Positions 57,618 through 64,000 of a DNA stretch of 64,000 bases are shown here, piece by piece; the first letter of the stretch is position 1; the number at the start of each line of letters is the position of its first letter. The notes beneath the pieces were generated by a model. The model searched no databases, was not told the DNA's origin, and saw only the letters and a program-made list of their open reading frames with translations. The stretch is from Acholeplasmatales bacterium (lineage in GTDB: Bacteria; Bacillota_I; Bacilli_A; Acholeplasmatales; JAEDCM01): the NCBI GenBank assembly GCA_017961685.1, contig JAGCWW010000084.1:8450-72449 (forward strand), in the 5' to 3' direction. A program made the position numbers and the translations under genes.

Positions 57618-57835
57618 AGGAATATAAAATTATGTTGTACTCTATCTTTAACAACAACAGGTATTGTTTGACCAGGTAAAAAAGAAATAACAAAAAACTC
57701 TCCATCTACAAAAAGAGTACCATTGTCATTTTCAAGAATAAGTAGTTTTTTAAACTTATCTTTAGGATTAAGTTTAACTTGTGCAGTATAAACTCTTGTA
57801 GGTAATCTAGTTACCTTTGTTTTATTTTTTGTCAT
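57614..57835 (-). CDS. hypothetical protein
   Basis: 73-aa ATG ORF with a coupled overlap (ATGA). Confidence 0.55.
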   Translation of the reverse strand: MTKNKTKVTRLPTRVYTAQVKLNPKDKFKKLLILENDNGTLFVDGEFFVISFLPGQTIPVVVKDRVQHNFIFL

Positions 57836-58016
57836 AACTAAAATAATGGTTTTTTATAAGTTTTTTAGCAAGTATTGCCTTATGAAGAGTAGTAACAGGA
57901 ATTTTACAACATCTTGCACAAGTTCTTAGACTTGTATAAGTAGTAATATAATTCCAATCATTATCGTAACATCTTACAAGTTTAGGTTGATTAATACCTA
58001 TTATATTTGTACCCAT
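57822..58016 (-). CDS. small putative DNA-binding protein (NUMOD1-like HTH?)
   Basis: ATG at 58016 (MGTNIIGINQ...); the track start at 58070 is a TTG. The sequence YTSLRTCARCCKIPVTTLHKAI looks HTH-like. Confidence 0.4.
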   Translation of the reverse strand: MGTNIIGINQPKLVRCYDNDWNYITTYTSLRTCARCCKIPVTTLHKAILAKKLIKNHYFSYDKK

Positions 58017-58017
58017 A

Positions 58018-58311
58018 TTAACAAGAGTTTTTAAATAAATTATTAAATTCGCTTGATTCCATATAAGCAAAATCTTTTACTTTTACATTAATATATTCTC
58101 TTTTTATAAATCCTCTATTTCCTGTAGGCTTATTATCTTTAATTTCTAAAATTGTAATATATTCTTTTTTACATTCATCACATAGTTCTCCATACATTTG
58201 CCTGGGTGCTTCTTTTCCACCATTAGCTCCAAGTAAAGCAATAGCTGTATCTTTACAAATAGGACAAACAAGTATAGAAGGATTTACTCCGTATTTTTTA
58301 GATATTCTCAT
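58018..58311 (-). CDS. zinc-ribbon-like hypothetical protein
   Basis: 97 aa with CPICKD...CDECKK (two CxxC pairs). Confidence 0.55.
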   Translation of the reverse strand: MRISKKYGVNPSILVCPICKDTAIALLGANGGKEAPRQMYGELCDECKKEYITILEIKDNKPTGNRGFIKREYINVKVKDFAYMESSEFNNLFKNSC

Positions 58312-59333
58312 TGTTGCATATTTTTTAGAAAAATATTAAATTCTTTAAGTAATTTATCTGCTACAAGTTTTGCATTTGGATGAGGAGCACCGCTTACTCC
58401 TTCTGAACGAAGTTTAAAGAAATGCTTCCAATCATCTTCAAATGCAGTATGAATTAGTTGAGATTTTGTTGCAAGAGGAAGAACCTCTCTAGCCATTTGT
58501 GCAGTCCAGCCTTTAGCAATAAGCATATTATAACACCATTGAGAAAAAGTAATAGAACAAAGATAGAAATCCATATCACACCACGTATTAACAATTTCAT
58601 TATCTTCTTGAGATAAAATACCTTGAGCATAGTCACCAACAGTATCATAAGTATGTCCTTCTAAATAAGGAAGATGTTCTTCGTCTAAAAACCAAGCAGG
58701 AAGTCCTATTTTAAGTTGACCATCATTCCTTTTATTATAATTACAATATCTTGTACTCTCTTCTGCAATAGAATCAACTCTATGACGATTAAATTCACGA
58801 GAAACTCCTATATTAGTAATAAAAGATACAGTAATACGTTTGATATGATAAACAGTTGGAGCACAAATGAATTGAATATCATCAAGCCAATTATTTTCTA
58901 TTATTACTCTAAAATTAGTAGTTATATAAGTTCTACGAACGGCTTTATTATCTTTTGTAATAATTGTTATTGCTTTAGAATAATTATTTGTTCTGTATTT
59001 TGCAGCAATATGTCCTACAACATCTGACCAATTATAATGTGCAGTAAATAGCGCTGAAGGATAATTAAATGATTTAAATGCATTCTCTGGATTAACTTCG
59101 AGATATAAATAAACCGTTCCATTTTCAAGTACAGATAAATGATTAGCTTCACTAGACCAAGGTTCTTTACGAAGAATAACTCTTTTTACAAAATCTTCAT
59201 CAGTTTCCTTATTATCTTTCTTTTCAGATTGATAACAAACACGAGTACAACGAGCAATATGTTTATACATATCTTCTACGGGATTATCATATTTTTGTTC
59301 CCATATTTCAAATGATGGTCTTATAAGTTCCAT
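58308..59333 (-). CDS. thyX: FAD-dependent thymidylate synthase
   Basis: ThyX signature RHRxxSxxxxSxR is present as FNRHRVDSIAEESTRYC. The protein is 341 aa. Confidence 0.85.
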   Translation of the reverse strand: MELIRPSFEIWEQKYDNPVEDMYKHIARCTRVCYQSEKKDNKETDEDFVKRVILRKEPWSSEANHLSVLENGTVYLYLEVNPENAFKSFNYPSALFTAHYNWSDVVGHIAAKYRTNNYSKAITIITKDNKAVRRTYITTNFRVIIENNWLDDIQFICAPTVYHIKRITVSFITNIGVSREFNRHRVDSIAEESTRYCNYNKRNDGQLKIGLPAWFLDEEHLPYLEGHTYDTVGDYAQGILSQEDNEIVNTWCDMDFYLCSITFSQWCYNMLIAKGWTAQMAREVLPLATKSQLIHTAFEDDWKHFFKLRSEGVSGAPHPNAKLVADKLLKEFNIFLKNMQQ

Positions 59334-59335
59334 AA

Positions 59336-59551
59336 TTATCTTTCGTTTAAGTTAAATAAAATATTACCTTCGCTAGATTCAAGAGTTACATAATAATCAA
59401 GATTACCAGGAGCAATATTTACATCTTTCATAGTTTTAACATCTATAAATCTTGTAATATTAGCTTTACGATTTATTATCTGAATACCTTTTTTAAAAGT
59501 TTTAATTCCTTTAATTCTATATTGCACAGGACATACTTTAACTTGTATCAT
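59336..59551 (-). CDS. hypothetical protein
   Basis: 71-aa ATG ORF. Confidence 0.55.
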   Translation of the reverse strand: MIQVKVCPVQYRIKGIKTFKKGIQIINRKANITRFIDVKTMKDVNIAPGNLDYYVTLESSEGNILFNLNER

Positions 59552-59554
59552 AAT

Positions 59555-59722
59555 TTATAAATCTTCAATAGTTAATTTTTCATCAGTAACCATAAAACTT
59601 AATTGATTACTTTTAAGTCCATAAGTTTCACAAAGATATGATTCAATATCTTCTACATCTTCAGGTAGTTTAATGTGATATATAGATGCAGAAGTAAAAT
59701 CAAATATATAACAATGTTCCAT
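59555..59722 (-). CDS. small hypothetical protein (55 aa)
   Basis: ATG ORF MEHCYIFDFTSASIYHIKLPEDVEDIESYLCETYGLKSNQLSFMVTDEKLTIEDL, lying directly downstream of a consensus promoter. Confidence 0.45.
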   Translation of the reverse strand: MEHCYIFDFTSASIYHIKLPEDVEDIESYLCETYGLKSNQLSFMVTDEKLTIEDL

Positions 59723-59731
59723 AATTACTTG

Positions 59732-59763
59732 CAAATATACAAATTATTTGTTACAGTACCAAA
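59732..59763 (-). promoter_or_regulatory. Bacteroidota-type promoter (TTTG-N20-TATATTTG) on the minus strand
   Basis: The minus strand reads aaTTTGgtactgtaacaaataatttgTATATTTGcaagtaattATG. Confidence 0.6.
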
Positions 59764-59850
59764 TTTTATTTAATTTTTTGAAAATTGATTTAAGAGCCTA
59801 AAATTTCTTTGATAGACAATTATTCACTTAAGCATATAAAATCGCTTACA

Positions 59851-59897
59851 ACAAAAAGAAACAGAGAAAATGAGATTTTAATACTCATTATTCTCTG
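59851..59897 (-). terminator. rho-independent terminator (minus strand)
   Basis: The minus strand reads cagagaataatgag-loop-ctcattttctctg followed by tttctttttg, downstream of the TAG stop at 59926. Confidence 0.65.
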
Positions 59898-59925
59898 CTC
59901 CAAATTGCTAAACGTCGAAATTCGA

Positions 59926-60279
59926 CTATAAATCTAATTTATATACATCACCATCATCAAAATGTTCAATATGATTAATAGTTATATTAATATCTTTATC
60001 TAGTGAACTTAAATATGTTTCATCCCATATCCATTTAAGACTTATTTTAATTCTGCCATAAGTATCATATTTTGTTTTATATGTTACAGCAGCATCTTGT
60101 TTATTATCAAGCATGGCTATATAATAGTCAAATTCTTGAGTTTCTGTATTAAATCTTTTACCTATTGTATAATAAAGTCTGAATTTAATTTCTCTAGATA
60201 ATAATTCATTACGTTTGATATTTGTCCAAGTAGTATTTTTATCTATTTTAGGAATAGTATCATAAGCACTAAGATTCAT
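59926..60279 (-). CDS. hypothetical protein
   Basis: 117-aa ATG ORF. Confidence 0.6.
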   Translation of the reverse strand: MNLSAYDTIPKIDKNTTWTNIKRNELLSREIKFRLYYTIGKRFNTETQEFDYYIAMLDNKQDAAVTYKTKYDTYGRIKISLKWIWDETYLSSLDKDINITINHIEHFDDGDVYKLDL

Positions 60280-60887
60280 TATTTTATATTACATTTTAAT
60301 CTATTTAATTTATCATTATATCTATTATATACTTTTAAAGCATTATATTTCTTTACATATTCTATTTTAGCATAATCACCTAATATTTTAATAAAATGTC
60401 CAGTATTAACATATTTATAAAATGTATTACTAGCTTTATGATTCTTTCTACAAAAATCACTAATTGAATCATATATTTCTATACAATCTCCATTCTTATT
60501 TATCTTTTTAATTTGAATAGGTTTATAACCAGAAATATGTTTTTTCTTATGACGTTCATTATATAGTCTAGTACACCATTCTAAATTACCTAAAGAATTA
60601 TTTTTCTTATTACCATCTATATGATTTACTTCCAGTAAATTATTTGGATTTGGAATAAAAGTTTCAGCAACTAAACGATGAACATATTTTCTAGTAGGTT
60701 TATTATTTTTCCATAAATATACAAATTTATAACCACTACCATTATCTCCAGGAGAAATAAATTTCTCCTTTATAGGTTTTACATCACCATTAGAACAAAT
60801 AACACTTCTAGATAAAGATTTAATTTCTCCTTTAGTATTAATTGCATACAACCCTTCAAAACCTTTTATATTAATAAAATCATCCAT
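60279..60887 (-). CDS. HNH homing endonuclease (NUMOD4 + HNH_3 type)
   Basis: IKGFEGLYAINTKGEIKSL (NUMOD4-like) and EVNHIDGNKKNNSLGNLEWCT (HNH). Confidence 0.85.
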   Translation of the reverse strand: MDDFINIKGFEGLYAINTKGEIKSLSRSVICSNGDVKPIKEKFISPGDNGSGYKFVYLWKNNKPTRKYVHRLVAETFIPNPNNLLEVNHIDGNKKNNSLGNLEWCTRLYNERHKKKHISGYKPIQIKKINKNGDCIEIYDSISDFCRKNHKASNTFYKYVNTGHFIKILGDYAKIEYVKKYNALKVYNRYNDKLNRLKCNIK

Positions 60888-60889
60888 TG

Positions 60890-62089
60890 CTAAATAAATA
60901 TTTTCAATAATTTGGCGTGAAACGGGACTTCTTTCTTACCACTCCTCTCTCTGTACTCTACTAATCCCATTTTACCTATTAAATATTGTTTCATGTTTAA
61001 TTGTTTCTTTTGTTCTTCTTGAGGGAGATTAATAGTACATTCAAATGTTTCATCATTTATATCATTTATAAGAGTATAAATAGGAAGACCACGTTTATCT
61101 TCTTGTATATCTATGATTATAAATTTACCATCAAGTTTCTTTTTATATTTGAACATACTACTATTTCGTTTACCAAAAGCATATTCTGCTTCTGGATTAC
61201 GAACAATTAAACCTTCAAAACCCAAGTCAATAAATAGATTTCTACGGTCAGTAGCAGTAGTAATATTGTCAATATTATATGATGGAATAACAAGAAATTG
61301 TTTCTTATTATCCAAATGTTGAGCTTTCGTAACAAATCCTGTGGTTCCACCTTTAATAGCTTTTTCAAGTTCTTCATTTCGTGTATAAGCTGTTATTGCT
61401 TCCATTGTTAAATCGTAACACCAATATTGGAGTTGATAATGCTGAAGAAGAGTATTATTTTTAACAAAAGAGTTAATATCATTAACAGAATATCCTGGAA
61501 GATACAATTCTCCGTCTAAACATACACCTTCCTCAATCATCATATTAATCATATCATCAGACAATTGAGAAGTAATAATTTCATCCATCCATTCAAGATT
61601 CCAACGAGTACCTTCTCTAGATGTATAAGTTAAGCGAAAATTATTGAATAAATCTCCAACAATTTTTTCTGCACCAACTATACAACGAAGACCATTAATT
61701 TTATATTGTCCAAGCATAGTACCACACTTCTCGAAAGGTTTATTATCTTCTAATGTTTTAGCAAGCATTGGAAGCACAAACCCTTCGGAAGTCGTATTAT
61801 ATTTAGGCAAATAAGTTTTTAGATATGTATAAGTATATTGGTCATCAAATATTTTATCAGGAGAATTATCCCATAAATCTTCTATTGCTTTGTATCCTTC
61901 TTTTCGTTTAGCATTAATTCTAGATTGTACTTCATTTGCTTTTTTCATTGTAGGATTAATAAATTCTACATGAGGTTTATGAGCAAATATACCATGTGCG
62001 ATAGAAATAGTACCATCATCTAGTTGATTAATTTGCCAACGAAGAATATTATTTCTAGCATCTCTTTTATATAATGTTACAGGTATCAT
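60890..62089 (-). CDS. ATP-dependent DNA ligase
   Basis: Nucleotidyltransferase motifs are present: KINGLR (motif I, KxDG-like), LDGELY (III), EGLIVRN (IV) and MFKYKKK (V). Confidence 0.75.
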   Translation of the reverse strand: MIPVTLYKRDARNNILRWQINQLDDGTISIAHGIFAHKPHVEFINPTMKKANEVQSRINAKRKEGYKAIEDLWDNSPDKIFDDQYTYTYLKTYLPKYNTTSEGFVLPMLAKTLEDNKPFEKCGTMLGQYKINGLRCIVGAEKIVGDLFNNFRLTYTSREGTRWNLEWMDEIITSQLSDDMINMMIEEGVCLDGELYLPGYSVNDINSFVKNNTLLQHYQLQYWCYDLTMEAITAYTRNEELEKAIKGGTTGFVTKAQHLDNKKQFLVIPSYNIDNITTATDRRNLFIDLGFEGLIVRNPEAEYAFGKRNSSMFKYKKKLDGKFIIIDIQEDKRGLPIYTLINDINDETFECTINLPQEEQKKQLNMKQYLIGKMGLVEYRERSGKKEVPFHAKLLKIFI

Positions 62090-62091
62090 AA

Positions 62092-62577
62092 TTATTTAAT
62101 ATTAAATTTAAGTAAATTAAGTTTAGCAACTTTATTAGCAAGTTTAATCTCTTTAGCAGTAGGTTCAATATTATTCTTCTCCCTACGGGGGGTTGATTGT
62201 TTTGTAGTTCCAGACTTACTTTTAGCTTTTGGTTTACATGCATCATAATCTACAGGAGGAGTAGTCTTTTCAAATTCTAAATTAGCCTTGTGTTGAGTAA
62301 GAAGATTATTAAACCATGTATCCCTATCAGATTCATCTACATAAGTATTGATTGTATAAACTATTTCTGTGATAGCCCTAACATAAATATAACTTATTGT
62401 TTGAATTGGTCTTAAACCATCTTCCCAAACTTTACTTGCATTTAATGAAGCAATACTTAAATGAAGAAATTTATCTAATCCTAGTCTGCTAATTTCATGA
62501 GGAATATAATTAATCATAAAATTATCTGGTTCTTCGATATACCTACTAAGACATTTTAATTGTTCTGGTATAGTCAT
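62092..62577 (-). CDS. hypothetical protein
   Basis: 161-aa ATG ORF with a basic C-terminal tail. Confidence 0.6.
   Translation of the reverse strand: MTIPEQLKCLSRYIEEPDNFMINYIPHEISRLGLDKFLHLSIASLNASKVWEDGLRPIQTISYIYVRAITEIVYTINTYVDESDRDTWFNNLLTQHKANLEFEKTTPPVDYDACKPKAKSKSGTTKQSTPRREKNNIEPTAKEIKLANKVAKLNLLKFNIK
62174..62192 (+). repeat. YnTACGn motif copy
   Basis: ttcttctcccTACGGGGGG, antisense to ORF 62092..62577 (codons S-T-P-R-R-E-K). Confidence 0.9.
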
Positions 62578-63055
62578 AGTTTATTTTTAAAAAAATATGT
62601 TTAAAAAGTACAATTCTTTCAGGCTTATCTATACTAGCATAAGCGTATTGTGCAAGTTCAGCAGAATTAAAGGTTTCTGTCCAACGAATTCTATTGCTAG
62701 GAGATTTACATTGATGCGTTTTAAAATTATAATCAGAAGGTATAGAAATTCCAGAAGAACTAAGATAATTTAGAAAATCAAAGTCTTCTATTATATTATA
62801 ATCACTGCTATCAGTATTAAAATCTACTACACCATAACAATAAACATTAATAGGTTCTATTGTAAAACTCATATCACCTCTTTCAAGATTTAATGTTTTA
62901 TTATTATCCAATTCGTGTTCTTCCTCTTCAGTAATATATGTCATAAAAGTAGCAATAGTAGTTTTATTAGGCGCTAATCTTTTATTCAACATATAGTAAT
63001 CCTTCGTAATTGGCATAGGAATAATCGTCATTGGTTTCATACTTGATTCTAACAT
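62546..63055 (-). CDS. hypothetical protein
   Basis: 169-aa ORF. It overlaps the primase 3' end, so the true start may be the internal ATG at 62992. Confidence 0.5.
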   Translation of the reverse strand: MLESSMKPMTIIPMPITKDYYMLNKRLAPNKTTIATFMTYITEEEEHELDNNKTLNLERGDMSFTIEPINVYCYGVVDFNTDSSDYNIIEDFDFLNYLSSSGISIPSDYNFKTHQCKSPSNRIRWTETFNSAELAQYAYASIDKPERIVLFKHIFLKINYDYTRTIKMS

Positions 63056-64000
63056 AAATTAAAGTTTCTTTAATAAATTGATTAATAACATCTATTGAAT
63101 ATATATCGTGTAAGTCTGCAAAGTCTTTAGCTTTATAATTATATAAACCAAATTCTCCTCTAGTTATAAAAAGATATGGTATATTGTAAGTTTCTTGTAA
63201 GTACTTAGCACCATGTCTACCAGCTTTATCAAAATCTAATAAACTTAATATTATACCACTAGGCGTAAGTTTATTGAGTAAATAATCATATTCTTGTTGT
63301 GTAAGTTTATAACTTTCACTAGGAAGGTTTACAACTCCTATATTAAGTTTATTTCCAGCTCCCCCGTAAAGAAGATGGTTAGCTAAATGTGAACCTATAC
63401 TAAGTCTATCTTTGCTGCTTTTAGTAATAAGTATATAATCATAATTATCAAGTTCTAAATTTAATAAACCTTCTATTACATTACAATTAGTAATAAATTT
63501 TTGTTCTCGTTTATTTCTATCTCTTAAAGGAAAATAAAGTTTAATAAGATAAATTCCAGCTCTATTTTGACCAAGCATATAAGCATAACAAGGATCTTTA
63601 ATATTATATTTATATACAGGTTCACTATTAATACCTCTATTTACATAATATTGGTCAACAGCAAAAACAAAGTGAGTATTAAGGTATTGAAGGTTAATAC
63701 CCCAATGTTCCCATATATTTTTATCTTGTTTATTCCAACTTCTTGGAAGAAATTCAATAATAGCTTTATGCTTTTGACCTTTTCTAAGTGCGTCTTGTAT
63801 TATAGAATCTATATTTTCATCTATTTCTTTTCCATCTATTATATTACTAAAAGTTTCAGCAATATGTTTAAGTATGAAATAAAAATCTTGTTTATTATTA
63901 GGTTCTATTTTTCTATTATATACAAGGCTTAATACATGTGCTACAACATCATACACATCACCAAAAAAGCCAAAACCTCCAAAATCTCTAACTTTTAATC
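62982..64000 (-). CDS. DnaG-like primase (Toprim domain), 5' end beyond the window
   Basis: The frame stays open to nt 64000; the track start at 63956 is a GTG. Toprim-like ILITKSSKDRL and LDFDKAGRHG (DxD) are present. Confidence 0.5.
   Translation of the reverse strand, partial: LKVRDFGGFGFFGDVYDVVAHVLSLVYNRKIEPNNKQDFYFILKHIAETFSNIIDGKEIDENIDSIIQDALRKGQKHKAIIEFLPRSWNKQDKNIWEHWGINLQYLNTHFVFAVDQYYVNRGINSEPVYKYNIKDPCYAYMLGQNRAGIYLIKLYFPLRDRNKREQKFITNCNVIEGLLNLELDNYDYILITKSSKDRLSIGSHLANHLLYGGAGNKLNIGVVNLPSESYKLTQQEYDYLLNKLTPSGIILSLLDFDKAGRHGAKYLQETYNIPYLFITRGEFGLYNYKAKDFADLHDIYSIDVINQFIKETLIYVRIKYETNDDYSYANYEGLLYVE
63361..63375 (-). repeat. YnTACGn motif copy
   Basis: CCCCCGTAaagaaga. It is sense to the primase ORF, where it is read as L-L-Y-G-G-A. 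Confidence 0.9.

Noticed and set aside
3911-63375. The G5-7 tracts as slipped-strand phase-variation (contingency) tracts or transcriptional-slippage sites.
   Set aside because: The tracts are short (5-7 nt) and occur in both orientations relative to the genes. They always come with the invariant TACG and a pyrimidine tract, which a simple homopolymer switch would not need.
1-64000. Stop-codon reassignment (TAG or TGA recoding), as reported for some crAss-like lineages.
   Set aside because: ORFs of 1483, 2300 and 4464 aa and all head genes are intact under the standard code. Gene ends use TAA, TAG and TGA, and no suppressor tRNA is visible.
1-64000. tRNA genes, CRISPR arrays, integrase/attachment sites, reverse transcriptase/DGR.
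   Set aside because: I inspected the long non-coding regions (3297-3674, 15321-15628, 20591-20977, 53116-53568, 55553-55827, 59723-59925). I saw no cloverleaf-compatible sequence and no regularly spaced repeat-spacer array. No ORF shows recombinase or RT motifs.

Overview
AT-rich (about 30% G+C by eye, not computed) dsDNA phage segment. It has the hallmarks of a crAss-like (Crassvirales-type) podovirus infecting a Bacteroidota host; this is inferred from gene order, motifs and promoter type, and no database search was possible. Nt 1-53115 is one long plus-strand virion block. It runs: 5'-truncated portal, head genes including a probable HK97-type major capsid protein, and tail fibres (one with three tandem domains plus an SGNH-esterase-like end). 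Then come an island of small accessory genes, tail-core genes, four mid-size probable internal/ejected proteins, a 2300-aa protein with an HExxH zincin motif, and a 4464-aa protein carrying a DFDID aspartate triad (virion RNA polymerase candidate). Nt 53569-64000 is a convergent minus-strand replication and nucleotide-metabolism block. It holds a thioredoxin-fold protein, dUTPase, a DUF932-like protein, a Gp157-like protein, ThyX, an HNH homing endonuclease, an ATP-dependent DNA ligase and a Toprim primase that runs off the window. Several intergenic regions carry Bacteroidota-type promoters (TTTG-N19-20-TAnnTTTG) and hairpin terminators. The most unusual signal is nucleotide-level: a dispersed motif made of a pyrimidine tract, TACG and a G run (YnTACGGGGG). 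There are 18 canonical copies plus 3 decayed ones, on both strands, inside ORFs and in intergenic hairpins, fairly evenly spaced, and four loci are close inverted pairs. In my manual scan this motif accounts for every G5+ or C5+ run in the window. I found no tRNA, CRISPR array, integrase, reverse transcriptase or stop-codon recoding.
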